From the NCBI GenBank assembly GCA_001871435.1, contig MNVC01000012.1, positions 1-62,651 of the forward strand: a DNA stretch of 62,651 nucleotides, in the 5' to 3' direction. The DNA is from Candidatus Magasanikbacteria bacterium CG1_02_32_51. GTDB taxonomy: Bacteria > Patescibacteriota > Patescibacteriia > Magasanikbacterales > UBA922. Of the stretch, positions 44,238-53,986 are shown in pieces (positions within the stretch are counted from its first letter, which is position 1; every line of letters begins with the position of its first letter). Below the pieces are notes generated by a model. That model was given only the letters and a program-made list of their open reading frames with translations, had not been told where the DNA came from and did not search any database. Made by a program: the position numbers and the translations under genes.

Positions 44238-44320
44238 TCATTGTACCATTGCCCTATTGTCCCATTGTCCCATTGTGGTTTTCAATTTGTCAGTTGGGCA
44301 ATAAAACAATGGAACAATAA
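44238..44320 (+). repeat. Family H element (CCATTGT words), copy 1
   Basis: CCCATTGTCCCATTGTGGTTTTCAATTTGTCAG...ACAATGGAACAATA. The reverse complement of 53795-53868 matches closely. Confidence 0.7.
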
Positions 44321-44347
44321 AAAACCGGTTAAGATAACCGGCTTTTG
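44319..44347. terminator. Bidirectional terminator between uvrB and hup
   Basis: AAAAAA CCGGTT aagat AACCGG cTTTTGTTTT. Confidence 0.65.
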
Positions 44348-44377
44348 TTTTATAATAAATTTTTTTAAAGAAAACAA

Positions 44378-44656
44378 TTATTTCTTCAAAGCATCTTTCA
44401 ATCCTTTTCCAGCTTTAAATTTTGGAACAGTGACTGAAGGGATTTGAATTTTTTGACTTGGTTTCTGTGGGTTTACACCTATGCGTCCAGCACGTACTTT
44501 GGCACTGAAAGCTCCAAAACCTGAGATAGTGACTTCGTCACCACTCTGTAAAGTTTTGATTACAATTTCTACAAAAGAGGCAAGTATATTTTCTGCTTCT
44601 TTTTTGGATATACCAACTTGCTCAGCGATTTTTTGAGCCAATAACGCTTTGTTCAT
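44378..44656 (-). CDS. hup: HU-family DNA-binding protein
   Basis: MNKA.L...IAE....SKKEAE......GFG.F....RAGR.G.NP.....I.IP HU pattern. Confidence 0.92.
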   Translation of the reverse strand: MNKALLAQKIAEQVGISKKEAENILASFVEIVIKTLQSGDEVTISGFGAFSAKVRAGRIGVNPQKPSQKIQIPSVTVPKFKAGKGLKDALKK

Positions 44657-44752
44657 ATTGTTTTTAATTAGTCCCTATTTTTTAGGGTGAATTATTTTAT
44701 GTCTATATTTTATAATAATATGTAAAAAGTGTCAATAGAGCCAAAAGCTTTG

Positions 44753-44851
44753 CTAATTTAGGAATTTTGAATTTTAAAATTTTGAAAAAATAATTTGAAA
44801 TTAAAACATTAAGAAATTGTTTTAAAATTTAAAATTACTAAATTAAAAATT
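44753..44851. repeat. Family E AT-rich element pair (inverted)
   Basis: CTAATTTAGGAATTTTGAATTTTAAAATTTTG ... GAAATTGTTTTAAAATTTAAAATTACTAAATTAAAAATT. Confidence 0.65.
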
Positions 44852-44913
44852 AAAAATAACCCTATATTTCAAGGATTATTTTTTAAAGATAAATTTTCTT
44901 CAACTAAAACATC

Positions 44914-46440
44914 TTATCTTGCGTATTCTACAACTCTCGATTCACGAATGACATTTATTTTTATTTCGCCTGGATATTGATGTTCGTTTTCTATTTTATG
45001 AGCAATATCTTTGGCTAAATTGAAAGCTGCATAATCATCTACTTCTTCTGATTTTACAAATACGCGTATTTCACGTCCAGCTTGAATAGCATAGACTTTT
45101 TCTACGCCATTGAAACTAGAAGCTGTTTTTTCTAGTTCTTCTAATCTTAGAACATATTGTTCGTAAGAATCACGACGAGCACCAATACGTGAACCAGAAA
45201 TTGCATCAGCAGCTTTGACAATTTGAGTAATAATTCTTTCTGGTTTGTCATCATGATGATGTCCAGCAGCAAGTTGAATTTCTTCGTGAAGACCAAATTT
45301 TTTCAAAATTGTTTCACCAATTTCTGGATGTCCTCCTTGAGTTTCTTGATCAACAGATTTGCCAATATCGTGAAAGAATCCAGCTTTACGAGCCATAACA
45401 GGATCTACTCCAAGTTCTTCAGCTATTAGAGCTGATAATTGAGCAACTTCGGTAGAGTGATTGATAATATTTTGTCCATAACTAGTGCGGTATTTTAGAC
45501 GACCAACAATTGATACTAGTTTAGGATCAATACCAGTAATACCAAGTTTGTACAAAACTTCTTCGCCAGCTTTTTTGATATCTAGAGATAATTCTTTTTT
45601 AGCTTCTAGGATGAATTCTTCAATTCTAGCTGGTTGAATACGACCATCTTTGATAAGTTTTTCAAGAGCAATTTGACAAACACGACGACGAATAGGTGAA
45701 AAACCAGAAATAAGAATGACACCAGGAGTATCATCAATAACAAGTTCACAGCCTGTCATTTTTTCAATAGTTTTGATATTTCGGCCATCTTTACCAATAA
45801 TACGCCCTTTCATTTCGTCACTAGGAATGACAACTGCTGTAGAAGTAGTCTCACTGGAGTGATCAGAAGCACAACGTTGAATGGAATCTATAATTATTTC
45901 ACGAGCTTTGTTTTCGTAAGTTTCACTTTTATCATGTTCTACTTTGAGGACTCTACTATACAATTCTTCTGAAGCCTCTGTTTCTATTTTTTTGAATAGT
46001 ATTTCTTTAGCTTCATCAATAGACAATTTAGCTACTTTTTCTAATTTTTCTTGAGTTTGATTTTTTATTCCATCTATTTTTTCTTTGATTTTTTGTACCT
46101 CTTCTATTTTTTCTTGTAAATGAGTTTTTTTGTCTTCAAATTCCATCAATTTTTTGTCAAACATATTTTCGCGTTGTTCCAAACGTCTTTGTGTTTGGGT
46201 GATTTCACCACGTCTATTGTTTTCATCTTTTTTGGCCTCATCAATTATTTTGATGGCTTTTTCTTTGGCTTGAAGAAGAACCTCTTGTTCTTTTTGTTTA
46301 GCTTCAATCATCATTTTTTCAGCTTTAGCCTCAATAGAATTGGCTTTGGCTTGAGCAGTCTGTTTACGAATAGTATAGCCAAGAGCTACACCGATTCCTA
46401 CACCGGCTAGGATGCCGACTATTAATATTATTTCGGACAT
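44914..46440 (-). CDS. rny: Ribonuclease Y
   Basis: N-terminal TM, coiled coil, KH domain (GRIIGKDGRNIK), HD domain (FFHDIGK). Confidence 0.93.
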   Translation of the reverse strand: MSEIILIVGILAGVGIGVALGYTIRKQTAQAKANSIEAKAEKMMIEAKQKEQEVLLQAKEKAIKIIDEAKKDENNRRGEITQTQRRLEQRENMFDKKLMEFEDKKTHLQEKIEEVQKIKEKIDGIKNQTQEKLEKVAKLSIDEAKEILFKKIETEASEELYSRVLKVEHDKSETYENKAREIIIDSIQRCASDHSSETTSTAVVIPSDEMKGRIIGKDGRNIKTIEKMTGCELVIDDTPGVILISGFSPIRRRVCQIALEKLIKDGRIQPARIEEFILEAKKELSLDIKKAGEEVLYKLGITGIDPKLVSIVGRLKYRTSYGQNIINHSTEVAQLSALIAEELGVDPVMARKAGFFHDIGKSVDQETQGGHPEIGETILKKFGLHEEIQLAAGHHHDDKPERIITQIVKAADAISGSRIGARRDSYEQYVLRLEELEKTASSFNGVEKVYAIQAGREIRVFVKSEEVDDYAAFNLAKDIAHKIENEHQYPGEIKINVIRESRVVEYAR

Positions 46441-46783
46441 AAAATTAAATTATATATTATTAAATTAAATTATTTTAGTAATAAAAAAATCTCTCAACTA
46501 CAGAGATTTTTCAAAAATTTTGATAATTTTTTGGCTTAAAATAACTATTTTTTACCTTTTATTTTGTTTTTTTGATTATTTTAAGCTATTGTTTTTACAA
46601 ACAATTTTTTAGAAGAATGAATAGTTTTGGCAGTTTTTGAGACGTTTTCAAACATAATTTGGTAATAATAAGCAAAAAATTTGCTAAACTAACTATAATT
46701 CTAGTATCAACATTTTTGTCAATTTCTATAGTTTTTACTTATAAAATGATATCATAATTGAATATTTTTGTCAATTTTATGTA

Positions 46784-47461
46784 TTAGATTTCCTTCACTT
46801 TTTTTGCATCCTCAACACTGTAGTCACCAATCCTTGTTCTTCTTAATTCCAGACAATAAGCTCCACATTCAAGAGCTTTACCAATATCTTGGGCTAGCTG
46901 TCTGATGTAGGTTCCTGTTGAACAGATTATTTCTATACTTAATTCTGGATATTTGTAATTTAGAAGTTTTATGTTGTATATTTCTATATTGCAAGCTTCT
47001 CTTTCTATTTCTTTTCCTTGTCTTGCTAGCTTATATAATCTTTGTCCTTTTACTTTTTTAGCTGAGTGCATAGGTGGAATTTGTTTTTGTTTGCCTAAGA
47101 AAGTTTTCAAAACAGTATCAACTTGTTCAAAACTAATTTCACTATCAAAATTTGTTTTGGTGATAATTCCTTCGGGATCTTGGGTGTTAGAAATTTCGCC
47201 AAGCTGTAGAGTGGCTTCATAAGTTTTATCTAGGTTTTTGAATTCATCTAATCTTTTGGTGGCATCTTTGCCTACACCAATTATAAGAAGTCCTGTAGCA
47301 AAAGGATCTAGTGTGCCTGCATGTCCCACCTTCACTCTTTTATTTTTCGTTTCGGCGGACAAGCCTATCTTTTTTACTTTTAATTTGCCACGAAGATAAG
47401 CAACTACATCATTGCTTGTCCAGTCAACTTCTTTGTCTATTAACAAAAAATTTTCTTCCAT
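46784..47461 (-). CDS. truB: tRNA pseudouridine(55) synthase TruB, with a 13-aa repeat-derived insertion
   Basis: VGHAGTLDPFATG catalytic motif and the YIR motif (GTYIRQLA). Confidence 0.9.
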   Translation of the reverse strand: MEENFLLIDKEVDWTSNDVVAYLRGKLKVKKIGLSAETKNKRVKVGHAGTLDPFATGLLIIGVGKDATKRLDEFKNLDKTYEATLQLGEISNTQDPEGIITKTNFDSEISFEQVDTVLKTFLGKQKQIPPMHSAKKVKGQRLYKLARQGKEIEREACNIEIYNIKLLNYKYPELSIEIICSTGTYIRQLAQDIGKALECGAYCLELRRTRIGDYSVEDAKKVKEI

Positions 47462-47503
47462 AAATTAACCTTTTATAAGTAATTTTTAAAATTTATCTAT
47501 TCA

Positions 47504-47545
47504 ATAATTGTTTTAAAATTTAAAATTTCTAAATTAAAAATTTTT
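47504..47545 (+). repeat. Family E AT-rich element
   Basis: AATAATTGTTTTAAAATTTAAAATTTCTAAATTAAAAATTTTT. Confidence 0.7.
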
Positions 47546-47599
47546 GCTGAATATGTTGCTATTTCAAATACCACGTTTACTATGGTATAATATTTTGAT

Positions 47600-48526
47600 A
47601 TGAAATACAAATCAAACAATACTTTGGGTTGGGGGGTTGCCAAGGAAAATGGGATAGAGGAATTTTGGGATGCACGTCCTATTTTTTCTGTTAACTCCGA
47701 TTTTAGTTTGGTTGATAGATTGAAATTAGTTTTTTTTCCAAAAAAACTTTTGTTGTATAATTGGATAAATAAGAGTCTAAAAGAAAAGAGAAAGGAAAAT
47801 AAACAAACTGGTAAATTCTCCAAATTACGTATTCTGGATGTTGGTTGTGGAACAGGAGCTAGTATTATTGAAATGAAAAAAATGTGGGGAAAAGAAGTAG
47901 AAGTCTATGGGGTAGATGTTATAGAGATGCAAATAGAATTAGCCAAAAAGCGTGTCAAAGAATATGGAGTCTGGGCCAAGTTTGATTATTATGAAAATAA
48001 TTTAATGCCATTCCAAAATAATTTTTTTGATGTAATTTTTTCTTCTGATGTTTTAGGACATGTAAAAAATGTAGCAAATTGGTTGGAAGAATTACAGCGT
48101 GTACTTGTACCCGGTGGTAGATTGGCCATGTTTAGTGAATCAAAATTGGGTAAACATGCCTATATTAGGAATTATCTATATAAAAGAGGTTGTAATACCG
48201 ACCCTCATACGGAGTTTCATATTTCACTTTATTCCAAAGCTGAATTAAAAGATTTGTTGAATCAAAATAGTTTTGAAGTAAAAAAGATGTATACAGCCTT
48301 TTGGCTTAGTTTCCTTGTGCATCCTGATGAATTTTATGGAACATTGCACAAACAAAAGGGTTTTTTCTTTTTACGAAATATCAATAATGTTTTATACTGG
48401 ATAAAGAAAAAGACTCAGCCCGTCTCTACAGCTTTGGCAGAGCTTTATGGCCTTGTTGAAATGCTTACTTTGGGAAGATTTTTGGAAGTGCAAGGGTATA
48501 TTGTTTTGGCTAAGAAGAAAGATTAA
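47600..48526 (+). CDS. Class I SAM-dependent methyltransferase
   Basis: ILDVGCGTGAS (motif I), FDVIFSSDVLGHV, PGGRL. Confidence 0.7.
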   Translation: MKYKSNNTLGWGVAKENGIEEFWDARPIFSVNSDFSLVDRLKLVFFPKKLLLYNWINKSLKEKRKENKQTGKFSKLRILDVGCGTGASIIEMKKMWGKEVEVYGVDVIEMQIELAKKRVKEYGVWAKFDYYENNLMPFQNNFFDVIFSSDVLGHVKNVANWLEELQRVLVPGGRLAMFSESKLGKHAYIRNYLYKRGCNTDPHTEFHISLYSKAELKDLLNQNSFEVKKMYTAFWLSFLVHPDEFYGTLHKQKGFFFLRNINNVLYWIKKKTQPVSTALAELYGLVEMLTLGRFLEVQGYIVLAKKKD

Positions 48527-48564
48527 AATTTATTTGTTTAGATTGTGTGAAAAAGTTATTTTAA

Positions 48565-48668
48565 TCAAATATACAATAGAGATAAAATTGAGATAATGTA
48601 GAGATGGTTTTTTTTGAGAAAAATTTTATTATCTCCATTGTATCTCTATTTTATCTCTTTATCTTAAG
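48565..48668. repeat. Imperfect inverted repeat built from GAGATAA/TTATCTC words (family G)
   Basis: ATACAATAGAGATAAAATTGAGATAATGTAGAGATGG ... TTATCTCCATTGTATCTCTATTTTATCTCTTTATC. Confidence 0.5.
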
Positions 48669-48708
48669 ATAGTTTTAGTGTAAAATATAAACAAACTTAA
48701 TAAAAAAT

Positions 48709-51030
48709 ATGTCCTATAATTTATTAGACAAAGCTGACTTCGAAAAATTCAAGAAAAATAATCCAAGTAATTTTCAATACGATTTTGAAGGCGGAAGTTA
48801 TTTGAAATTACAAGATTTGGAATTGAATGGTTTGTCAGGAATTGATGAAGAAAAGCTAAATAAAATTGCTACACTCATGCGTGAACTTATTTTTGCCACA
48901 GTAGAAGGTTCTCGTTCGGGTCATCCTGGTGGCTCTAGTGCCAAAGTAGAGCAGTTTTTGGCGATGACTCTTGGTGGAGCAATGGCTTTTGATTTATTAG
49001 ATCCAAAAAATAATTGTCGTGATAGAGTGGTTTGGTCAGCTGGGCATTGTACACCGGGATTGTATAGTGGGTTGGCTTTGTTTTATGAGAGTTTGCAAAA
49101 AAAAGGAATAAAATTTGATGTCAAAAAATTGCATGCAATTTTAGGCAAAGATTTGAGTAAGTTCAGAAAAGGTGGGGGACTTCCAGGTCATGCTGAAAGT
49201 TATACACCTCTTAGTGATATTTCTACAGGTCCTTCTGGACATGGTTTTTCGGCTGCTGGTGGATTAGCTATCACCCATAAGTCGTCTGGTACAGGTAGTA
49301 AAGTTTGGGTTTTTATGGGTGATGCCGAGAGTGAAGAAGGTATGACTTATGAGGCTCGCAATATTTTACATACTGTTGGCGCTGATAATATGATAGTATC
49401 ACTTGATTACAATCATTTTGGGATTGATGGAGATATAGATGAAGTATTGTCAAATAAATATATCAACAATTGGTTAGGTTTGGGCTGGAACGTAATTGAA
49501 ATAAATGGACATAATATTTTGGAATGTGTTTATGCTTATCGTTTGACTTCGGAAAAAGTTTTTGCTAATGGTAATCCGACTGTAGTTATTGCTCATACTT
49601 GGAAAGGAAAGTCTTATGGTAGTCTAGAAAATTCCAATAAATCTCATGGTTCTCAGGTTAAGCACGATGAATATATAGAGATTGAAAATAAATTAAACGC
49701 AAATAATAAAGTATCAATTCCAGGTAAAGAAGGAGATATTTTATCAGATATTGAAAGTATTTTATCTAATCTGGATAATTCTTTGGCAACTTATATTGTA
49801 GGTAGACTAAAGGTGGCTAGCAAAAAAATTCCAAATGAACAAAAAGTTTTGGTACAAATGAAAAAGACTTTGAAATTTGTCAAAGGCGGATCTACGAGAA
49901 AATTTAAGAGTGTTACGGAAATTGAAAGACCAAGTAAATTACCAGCAGAATTAGTTTTTGTACCAGAGCAAAAAGTTGCTACAAGAAAGTCTAGTCAAGT
50001 ATTTTTTGAATGGTTGATGAAAGAAAGTGCGTTTTTTTGGGCTGGGGCTGGGGATTTGTCAGAATCAGTCAAGACTGACAAGGCCGAAAATGTGTATGGT
50101 GTTATAAATAGAAAAAATCCTTATGGGCGTGGGATTCGTTATGGTATTGCTGAACAAAATATGGGGATGATGGGCGCTGGTATGACACTAGATAGATTAC
50201 CTGGGAATTTTGCACCAGTTTCTGTCATAGGAACTTATGCCGCATTTACTTCTATGATGTGCAATGGTATTCGTGTGGCTGTCATAAATAATCATCTTTA
50301 TCCTGAACATAAAGGATTTTTTATAGTACTTGCTAGTCATGATGGTCCAGAAGTTGGAGAAGATGGACCGACTCATCAAGGACTTTATTGGATGAGTATG
50401 TATAGTGCCTATCCGGGTATAAAAGTTTACAAGCCAACTGATGCCAATGAAACAATTGAAATGCTTTTTTATGCCATGAAAATTGGTGAACCAATTATTT
50501 TGTCTGTTTCTCGTCCTGATGTACTAGTACTCAAACGTGGTAAGAATGCTTGTTGTGGACAATTCGTCCCACAAGCAAAAGAAGCTGTACAAGGTGCTTA
50601 TATTTTCAAAGATTACAAAAATAATGGTAATAATAAAATGTGTGTGGCAGTTTCTGGCGCAATTGTTTTGAATAATTTGTTGCAAATATTACCAGACTTA
50701 GAAAAAGAAAAAATAGATATCAAAGTTGTGGTAGTGACTTCACCAGAATTGTTTGCAGAATTCAAAAAGAAAAACAAGAAAAAAGCAGATAGTATTTTTT
50801 CTAAAGAAGATAGAAAAGTAGGAGTAACTCTTCATGCTGGTTGGAAAGGTTTTTTGCGTGATTTTGTTGATAATGATTTTTATTCCGCCAAAGGCGGATC
50901 CGCCTCGGGCGGAGAAGAACGATCTATTGGTCTAGAAACATATTTGGCAAGTGGCAGTGTGGATGAAGTCTATGAAATGGCGAAATTGACATCTTTGGAT
51001 ATTAAGAAGAAAATTTTAGAAATAAAATAG
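48709..51030 (+). CDS. tkt: Transketolase (long form), with a repeat-derived insertion near the C-terminus
   Basis: SGHPGGS, GPSGHG, GDAESEEG (TPP-binding GDG-like), EDGPTHQ. Confidence 0.9.
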   Translation: MSYNLLDKADFEKFKKNNPSNFQYDFEGGSYLKLQDLELNGLSGIDEEKLNKIATLMRELIFATVEGSRSGHPGGSSAKVEQFLAMTLGGAMAFDLLDPKNNCRDRVVWSAGHCTPGLYSGLALFYESLQKKGIKFDVKKLHAILGKDLSKFRKGGGLPGHAESYTPLSDISTGPSGHGFSAAGGLAITHKSSGTGSKVWVFMGDAESEEGMTYEARNILHTVGADNMIVSLDYNHFGIDGDIDEVLSNKYINNWLGLGWNVIEINGHNILECVYAYRLTSEKVFANGNPTVVIAHTWKGKSYGSLENSNKSHGSQVKHDEYIEIENKLNANNKVSIPGKEGDILSDIESILSNLDNSLATYIVGRLKVASKKIPNEQKVLVQMKKTLKFVKGGSTRKFKSVTEIERPSKLPAELVFVPEQKVATRKSSQVFFEWLMKESAFFWAGAGDLSESVKTDKAENVYGVINRKNPYGRGIRYGIAEQNMGMMGAGMTLDRLPGNFAPVSVIGTYAAFTSMMCNGIRVAVINNHLYPEHKGFFIVLASHDGPEVGEDGPTHQGLYWMSMYSAYPGIKVYKPTDANETIEMLFYAMKIGEPIILSVSRPDVLVLKRGKNACCGQFVPQAKEAVQGAYIFKDYKNNGNNKMCVAVSGAIVLNNLLQILPDLEKEKIDIKVVVVTSPELFAEFKKKNKKKADSIFSKEDRKVGVTLHAGWKGFLRDFVDNDFYSAKGGSASGGEERSIGLETYLASGSVDEVYEMAKLTSLDIKKKILEIK

Positions 51031-51083
51031 ATTCGGATATGTAGATAACTACTGTGATTTATTCAGTTAATTTCTTGTTCAAT

Positions 51084-51160
51084 AGGGAATGACAAATTGA
51101 ACGGAGTGAAATTTGTTAATGTATTTAACGAAATTCGCTTTGGCTCATTTCGTCATTCCT
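51084..51160. repeat. Family D element, copy 1
   Basis: AGGGAATGACAAATTG...AACGAAATTCG...CATTTCGTCATTCCT, with terminal IR GGAATGAC.AA / TTCGTCATTCC. Confidence 0.6.
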
Positions 51161-51179
51161 TTTTGGTTATTTTGGACAC

Positions 51180-51208
51180 TTGACAAAAAGCCAAAAAAGT
51201 ACTATACT
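51180..51208 (+). promoter_or_regulatory. Sigma70 promoter candidate of GC-rich cassette 4
   Basis: TTGACA (51180-51185), 17 nt spacer, TATACT (51203-51208). Confidence 0.5.
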
Positions 51209-51321
51209 ACTGTGTCTTACTGTTGTTGATATTTTGATATTAGTCATAATATTTAGATATCAGTGACAGAGGTGCACAAGGGTTTCTTGTGTGCTAAAGT
51301 TGCTATGATAGGAGCTCAGAA

Positions 51322-51522
51322 ATGAGTTTTCTGGAATGGGTTTTGGTGATTTTTCTCTATATCATCGTCACACCTCTCGCCATTGTTTTGAGCCGTAGCT
51401 TGGCTGATCTGGCCATCTACCTTCGTGACAAGAAGGGGTGGGGCAAGATCTTACCAGACGAGGATGACACCTCGCCCGAGAAGGTCAAGGTGGTCAACGA
51501 AGAAGAGGAGGACAGAAAGTAA
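51322..51522 (+). CDS. Hypothetical 66-aa single-TM protein with an acidic tail, GC-rich cassette 4
   Basis: AGGAG lies 7 nt before the ATG. TM segment WVLVIFLYIIVTPLAIVL, C-terminus DEDDTSPEKVKVVNEEEEDRK. G/C-ending codons. Confidence 0.5.
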   Translation: MSFLEWVLVIFLYIIVTPLAIVLSRSLADLAIYLRDKKGWGKILPDEDDTSPEKVKVVNEEEEDRK

Positions 51523-51574
51523 AGAAAAAAGCCCTAAACTTATAAAAGAAGGAAAAAGGAGGGGCAAATAAAAT

Positions 51575-51598
51575 ACATCTCAAATGAGGTGTTTTTTG
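51575..51598 (+). terminator. Rho-independent terminator of cassette 4
   Basis: ACATCTCA aa TGAGGTGT followed by TTTTTT. Confidence 0.55.
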
Positions 51599-51663
51599 TT
51601 TACTAGTAGCTTTAGCTAAATAATTGACTTTTTTCAATATTTCTTATATAATGTCCACAATAA

Positions 51664-51720
51664 ATATCAAAGCCTCTCAGGCCTTTTTGGCCTTTCCAGC
51701 TTTTTAAGCATTTCAAAAAC
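51664..51720 (+). repeat. Family I element, copy 2, abutting the infB start
   Basis: ATATCAAAGCCTCTCAGGCCTTTTTGGCCTTTCCAGCTTTTTAAGCATTTCAAAAAC, then the ATG. Confidence 0.6.
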
Positions 51721-53742
51721 ATGAACGTCACCGAACTAGCTCGTAAACTTAGAATAAATACTGCAGAATTATTGGAAGTCTTACCTCAATATGGTTTTGA
51801 TATTGGTAAGAAAGCTATCAAGATTGATGATGCTACGGCTGAACAAGTGGTGCGTCGTTGGAAATATATCAAACGTGAATTGGAACAAAAAAAGAAAGAA
51901 GAGATGGAAGAAAAAAAATTGAAAGAAAAAGAATTACGCAAAGAACTTGGTCAAGATGTAACTTTGTTTGAAAAAATGACTGTTAGAGGATTTGCTGAAA
52001 GATTGAACATGACAACCACTCAAGTTATTACCGAACTTATGAAAAATGGTATTTTGGCCAATCAAAATCAAAATCTTGATTATGATACTATGGCTATCAT
52101 GGCTGAAGACCTTGGTTTCACTGTGCACAAAGAAGATGGTAATCAAGAGGAAATAAAAAAAGAAGAAGAACGTATTCAAAATCTGGAAGAAGCATTGTCC
52201 AAAGCCAAAAATTTGCAACCACGTGCTCCAGTCGTTGTAGTTATGGGACATGTTGATCATGGTAAGACAAGATTATTGGATACTATTCGTCATACCAATA
52301 TCATTGATACTGAAGCTGGTGGCATTACTCAGCATATTGGTGCTTATCAAACAATTTGGAAAGATCCAAAAAATAAAAAAGAACGTGCTCTTACTTTTAT
52401 TGATACTCCTGGCCATGAAGCATTTGCTATGATGCGTAGTCGTGGTGCCAAAGTAGCCGATATTGCTATTCTGATTGTGGCCGCTGATGATAGTGTCAAA
52501 CCTCAGACTGAAGAAGCTATCAATATTATCAAAGCTGCTAAGTTGCCATTTGTCGTAGCAATCAACAAGATTGATAAAGAAGGTGCTGATATCCAAAAAA
52601 CAAAAACAGACTTGTCAACCAAAGGCGTTTTAGCCGAAGAATGGGGTGGAAATGTACCAATGGTAGAAATTTCAGCCAAACAAAATACTAATATTGATAA
52701 GCTTCTTGATGTTTTGCTTTTGGTAGCTGATATGAACGAAGACAAAATACAAGCTGATCCAGATTTGCAAGCTATTGGTACTGTGATTGAGTCCAATGTT
52801 GACAAAGGCATGGGTTCTGTGGCTACGGTACTTATTCAATCAGGTACTTTGCATCGTGGTGACAAACTTGTCCTCAACAATGAAATTTATGGCAAAGTTC
52901 GAGCCATGAAAAATTATAAAGGTGAATTAATTGATGAAGCTGGTCCTTCGGTTCCTATCCAAATTATTGGTTTTAAAATTGCTCCAGAAGTTGGTGATGT
53001 TTTGGATGTTACTAGACAAGATACAGCTACAGAAATAAATCTAAGAAAGAAAAAATCTGAACAAACAGGTGCTGAACGTACTATCATTGTGGATAACAAT
53101 GAAGATGAAGAAGAAAAGAAAAAAACTTTGAATATTGTTGTCAAAGCTGATGTACTTGGATCACTTGAAGCTATTGTTTCTTCTTTTGAAAAAATTAGAC
53201 ACGCTGAAGTTGGTGTAAAAATTATTGGCAAAGGATTGGGAAATATTACTGAAGATGATGTCAAAAAAGCGACTGCAAGTGGGGCTACTGTGATTGGTTT
53301 CAATGTTAATGCTACACCTTTGGCTGGTAGTATGATGCGTGAAGAAAATATACAATTTTTGCAATATAATATTATTTATGATCTTATAGATTGGGTAAAA
53401 GAAGAATTAGGGAGACTTCTTAGTGATGAAAAGATAATTACTGAGATTGGTATTATGAAAATAGTAGCAATATTTAGAAAAGAAAAAGGTGCCATGATCG
53501 TTGGTGGAAGAATTGAAAAAGGTAAGGTAACAAAAAATGTTTTAGCTAGAGTAAAACATGAAAAATTGGATATGGGTAGTGGTAAAATTACTGAATGTCG
53601 TCTGGGTCAATCTGTTGTGAAAGATGTCCATGAAGGTATGGAATGTGGTGTCAGATTTGAAGGTAAACCTAGAATTGAAATTGATGATGTTTTGGAATTC
53701 TATACTGAAGAGACAAAAGCACGTGAAATACAGTTTCTTTAA
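51721..53742 (+). CDS. infB: Translation initiation factor IF-2
   Basis: [26 protein letters not shown], and the IF-2 C-terminal domains. Confidence 0.96.
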   Translation: MNVTELARKLRINTAELLEVLPQYGFDIGKKAIKIDDATAEQVVRRWKYIKRELEQKKKEEMEEKKLKEKELRKELGQDVTLFEKMTVRGFAERLNMTTTQVITELMKNGILANQNQNLDYDTMAIMAEDLGFTVHKEDGNQEEIKKEEERIQNLEEALSKAKNLQPRAPVVVVMGHVDHGKTRLLDTIRHTNIIDTEAGGITQHIGAYQTIWKDPKNKKERALTFIDTPGHEAFAMMRSRGAKVADIAILIVAADDSVKPQTEEAINIIKAAKLPFVVAINKIDKEGADIQKTKTDLSTKGVLAEEWGGNVPMVEISAKQNTNIDKLLDVLLLVADMNEDKIQADPDLQAIGTVIESNVDKGMGSVATVLIQSGTLHRGDKLVLNNEIYGKVRAMKNYKGELIDEAGPSVPIQIIGFKIAPEVGDVLDVTRQDTATEINLRKKKSEQTGAERTIIVDNNEDEEEKKKTLNIVVKADVLGSLEAIVSSFEKIRHAEVGVKIIGKGLGNITEDDVKKATASGATVIGFNVNATPLAGSMMREENIQFLQYNIIYDLIDWVKEELGRLLSDEKIITEIGIMKIVAIFRKEKGAMIVGGRIEKGKVTKNVLARVKHEKLDMGSGKITECRLGQSVVKDVHEGMECGVRFEGKPRIEIDDVLEFYTEETKAREIQFL

Positions 53743-53794
53743 AGTATAAAAAACATCTTTAAAAAAGAAAAAATCGAGGTGAAAGTCTCGGTTT

Positions 53795-53868
53795 TTATTG
53801 TCCTATTGTTCCATTGTTGTATTGACAAACTGAAAACCACAATGAAACAATGGGTCAGTGGTGTAGTG
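53795..53868 (-). repeat. Family H element, copy 2 (inverted relative to copy 1)
   Basis: TATTGTCCTATTGTTCCATTGTTGTATTGACAAACTGAAAACCACAATGAAACAATGGGTCAGTGG. Confidence 0.7.
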
Positions 53869-53986
53869 TTCTTTGTTACTTTATAAATTTTACGAACTTT
53901 TGACTATGTTTGTCCACATCTTGTCACTATTGTCAAAAAGTTGTATACTATATTAGTAAAAGTTAATTTTTTTAAAAATAAATAAT

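Noticed and set aside
47497-47823. ORF 47497-47823 (minus) and similar ORFs spanning repeats (19596-19805, 28620-28820, 44220-44447, 59280-59498)
   Set aside because: They overlap repeat elements or the opposite strand of well-supported genes. Their translations are low-complexity.
845-51530. GC-rich cassettes as assembly chimeras or contamination
   Set aside because: This is not rejected outright. It is considered unlikely because each cassette is short (0.3-0.9 kb), internal to the contig, and joined to host-like sequence on both sides at sensible terminator and promoter boundaries. Read mapping across the junctions is still required.
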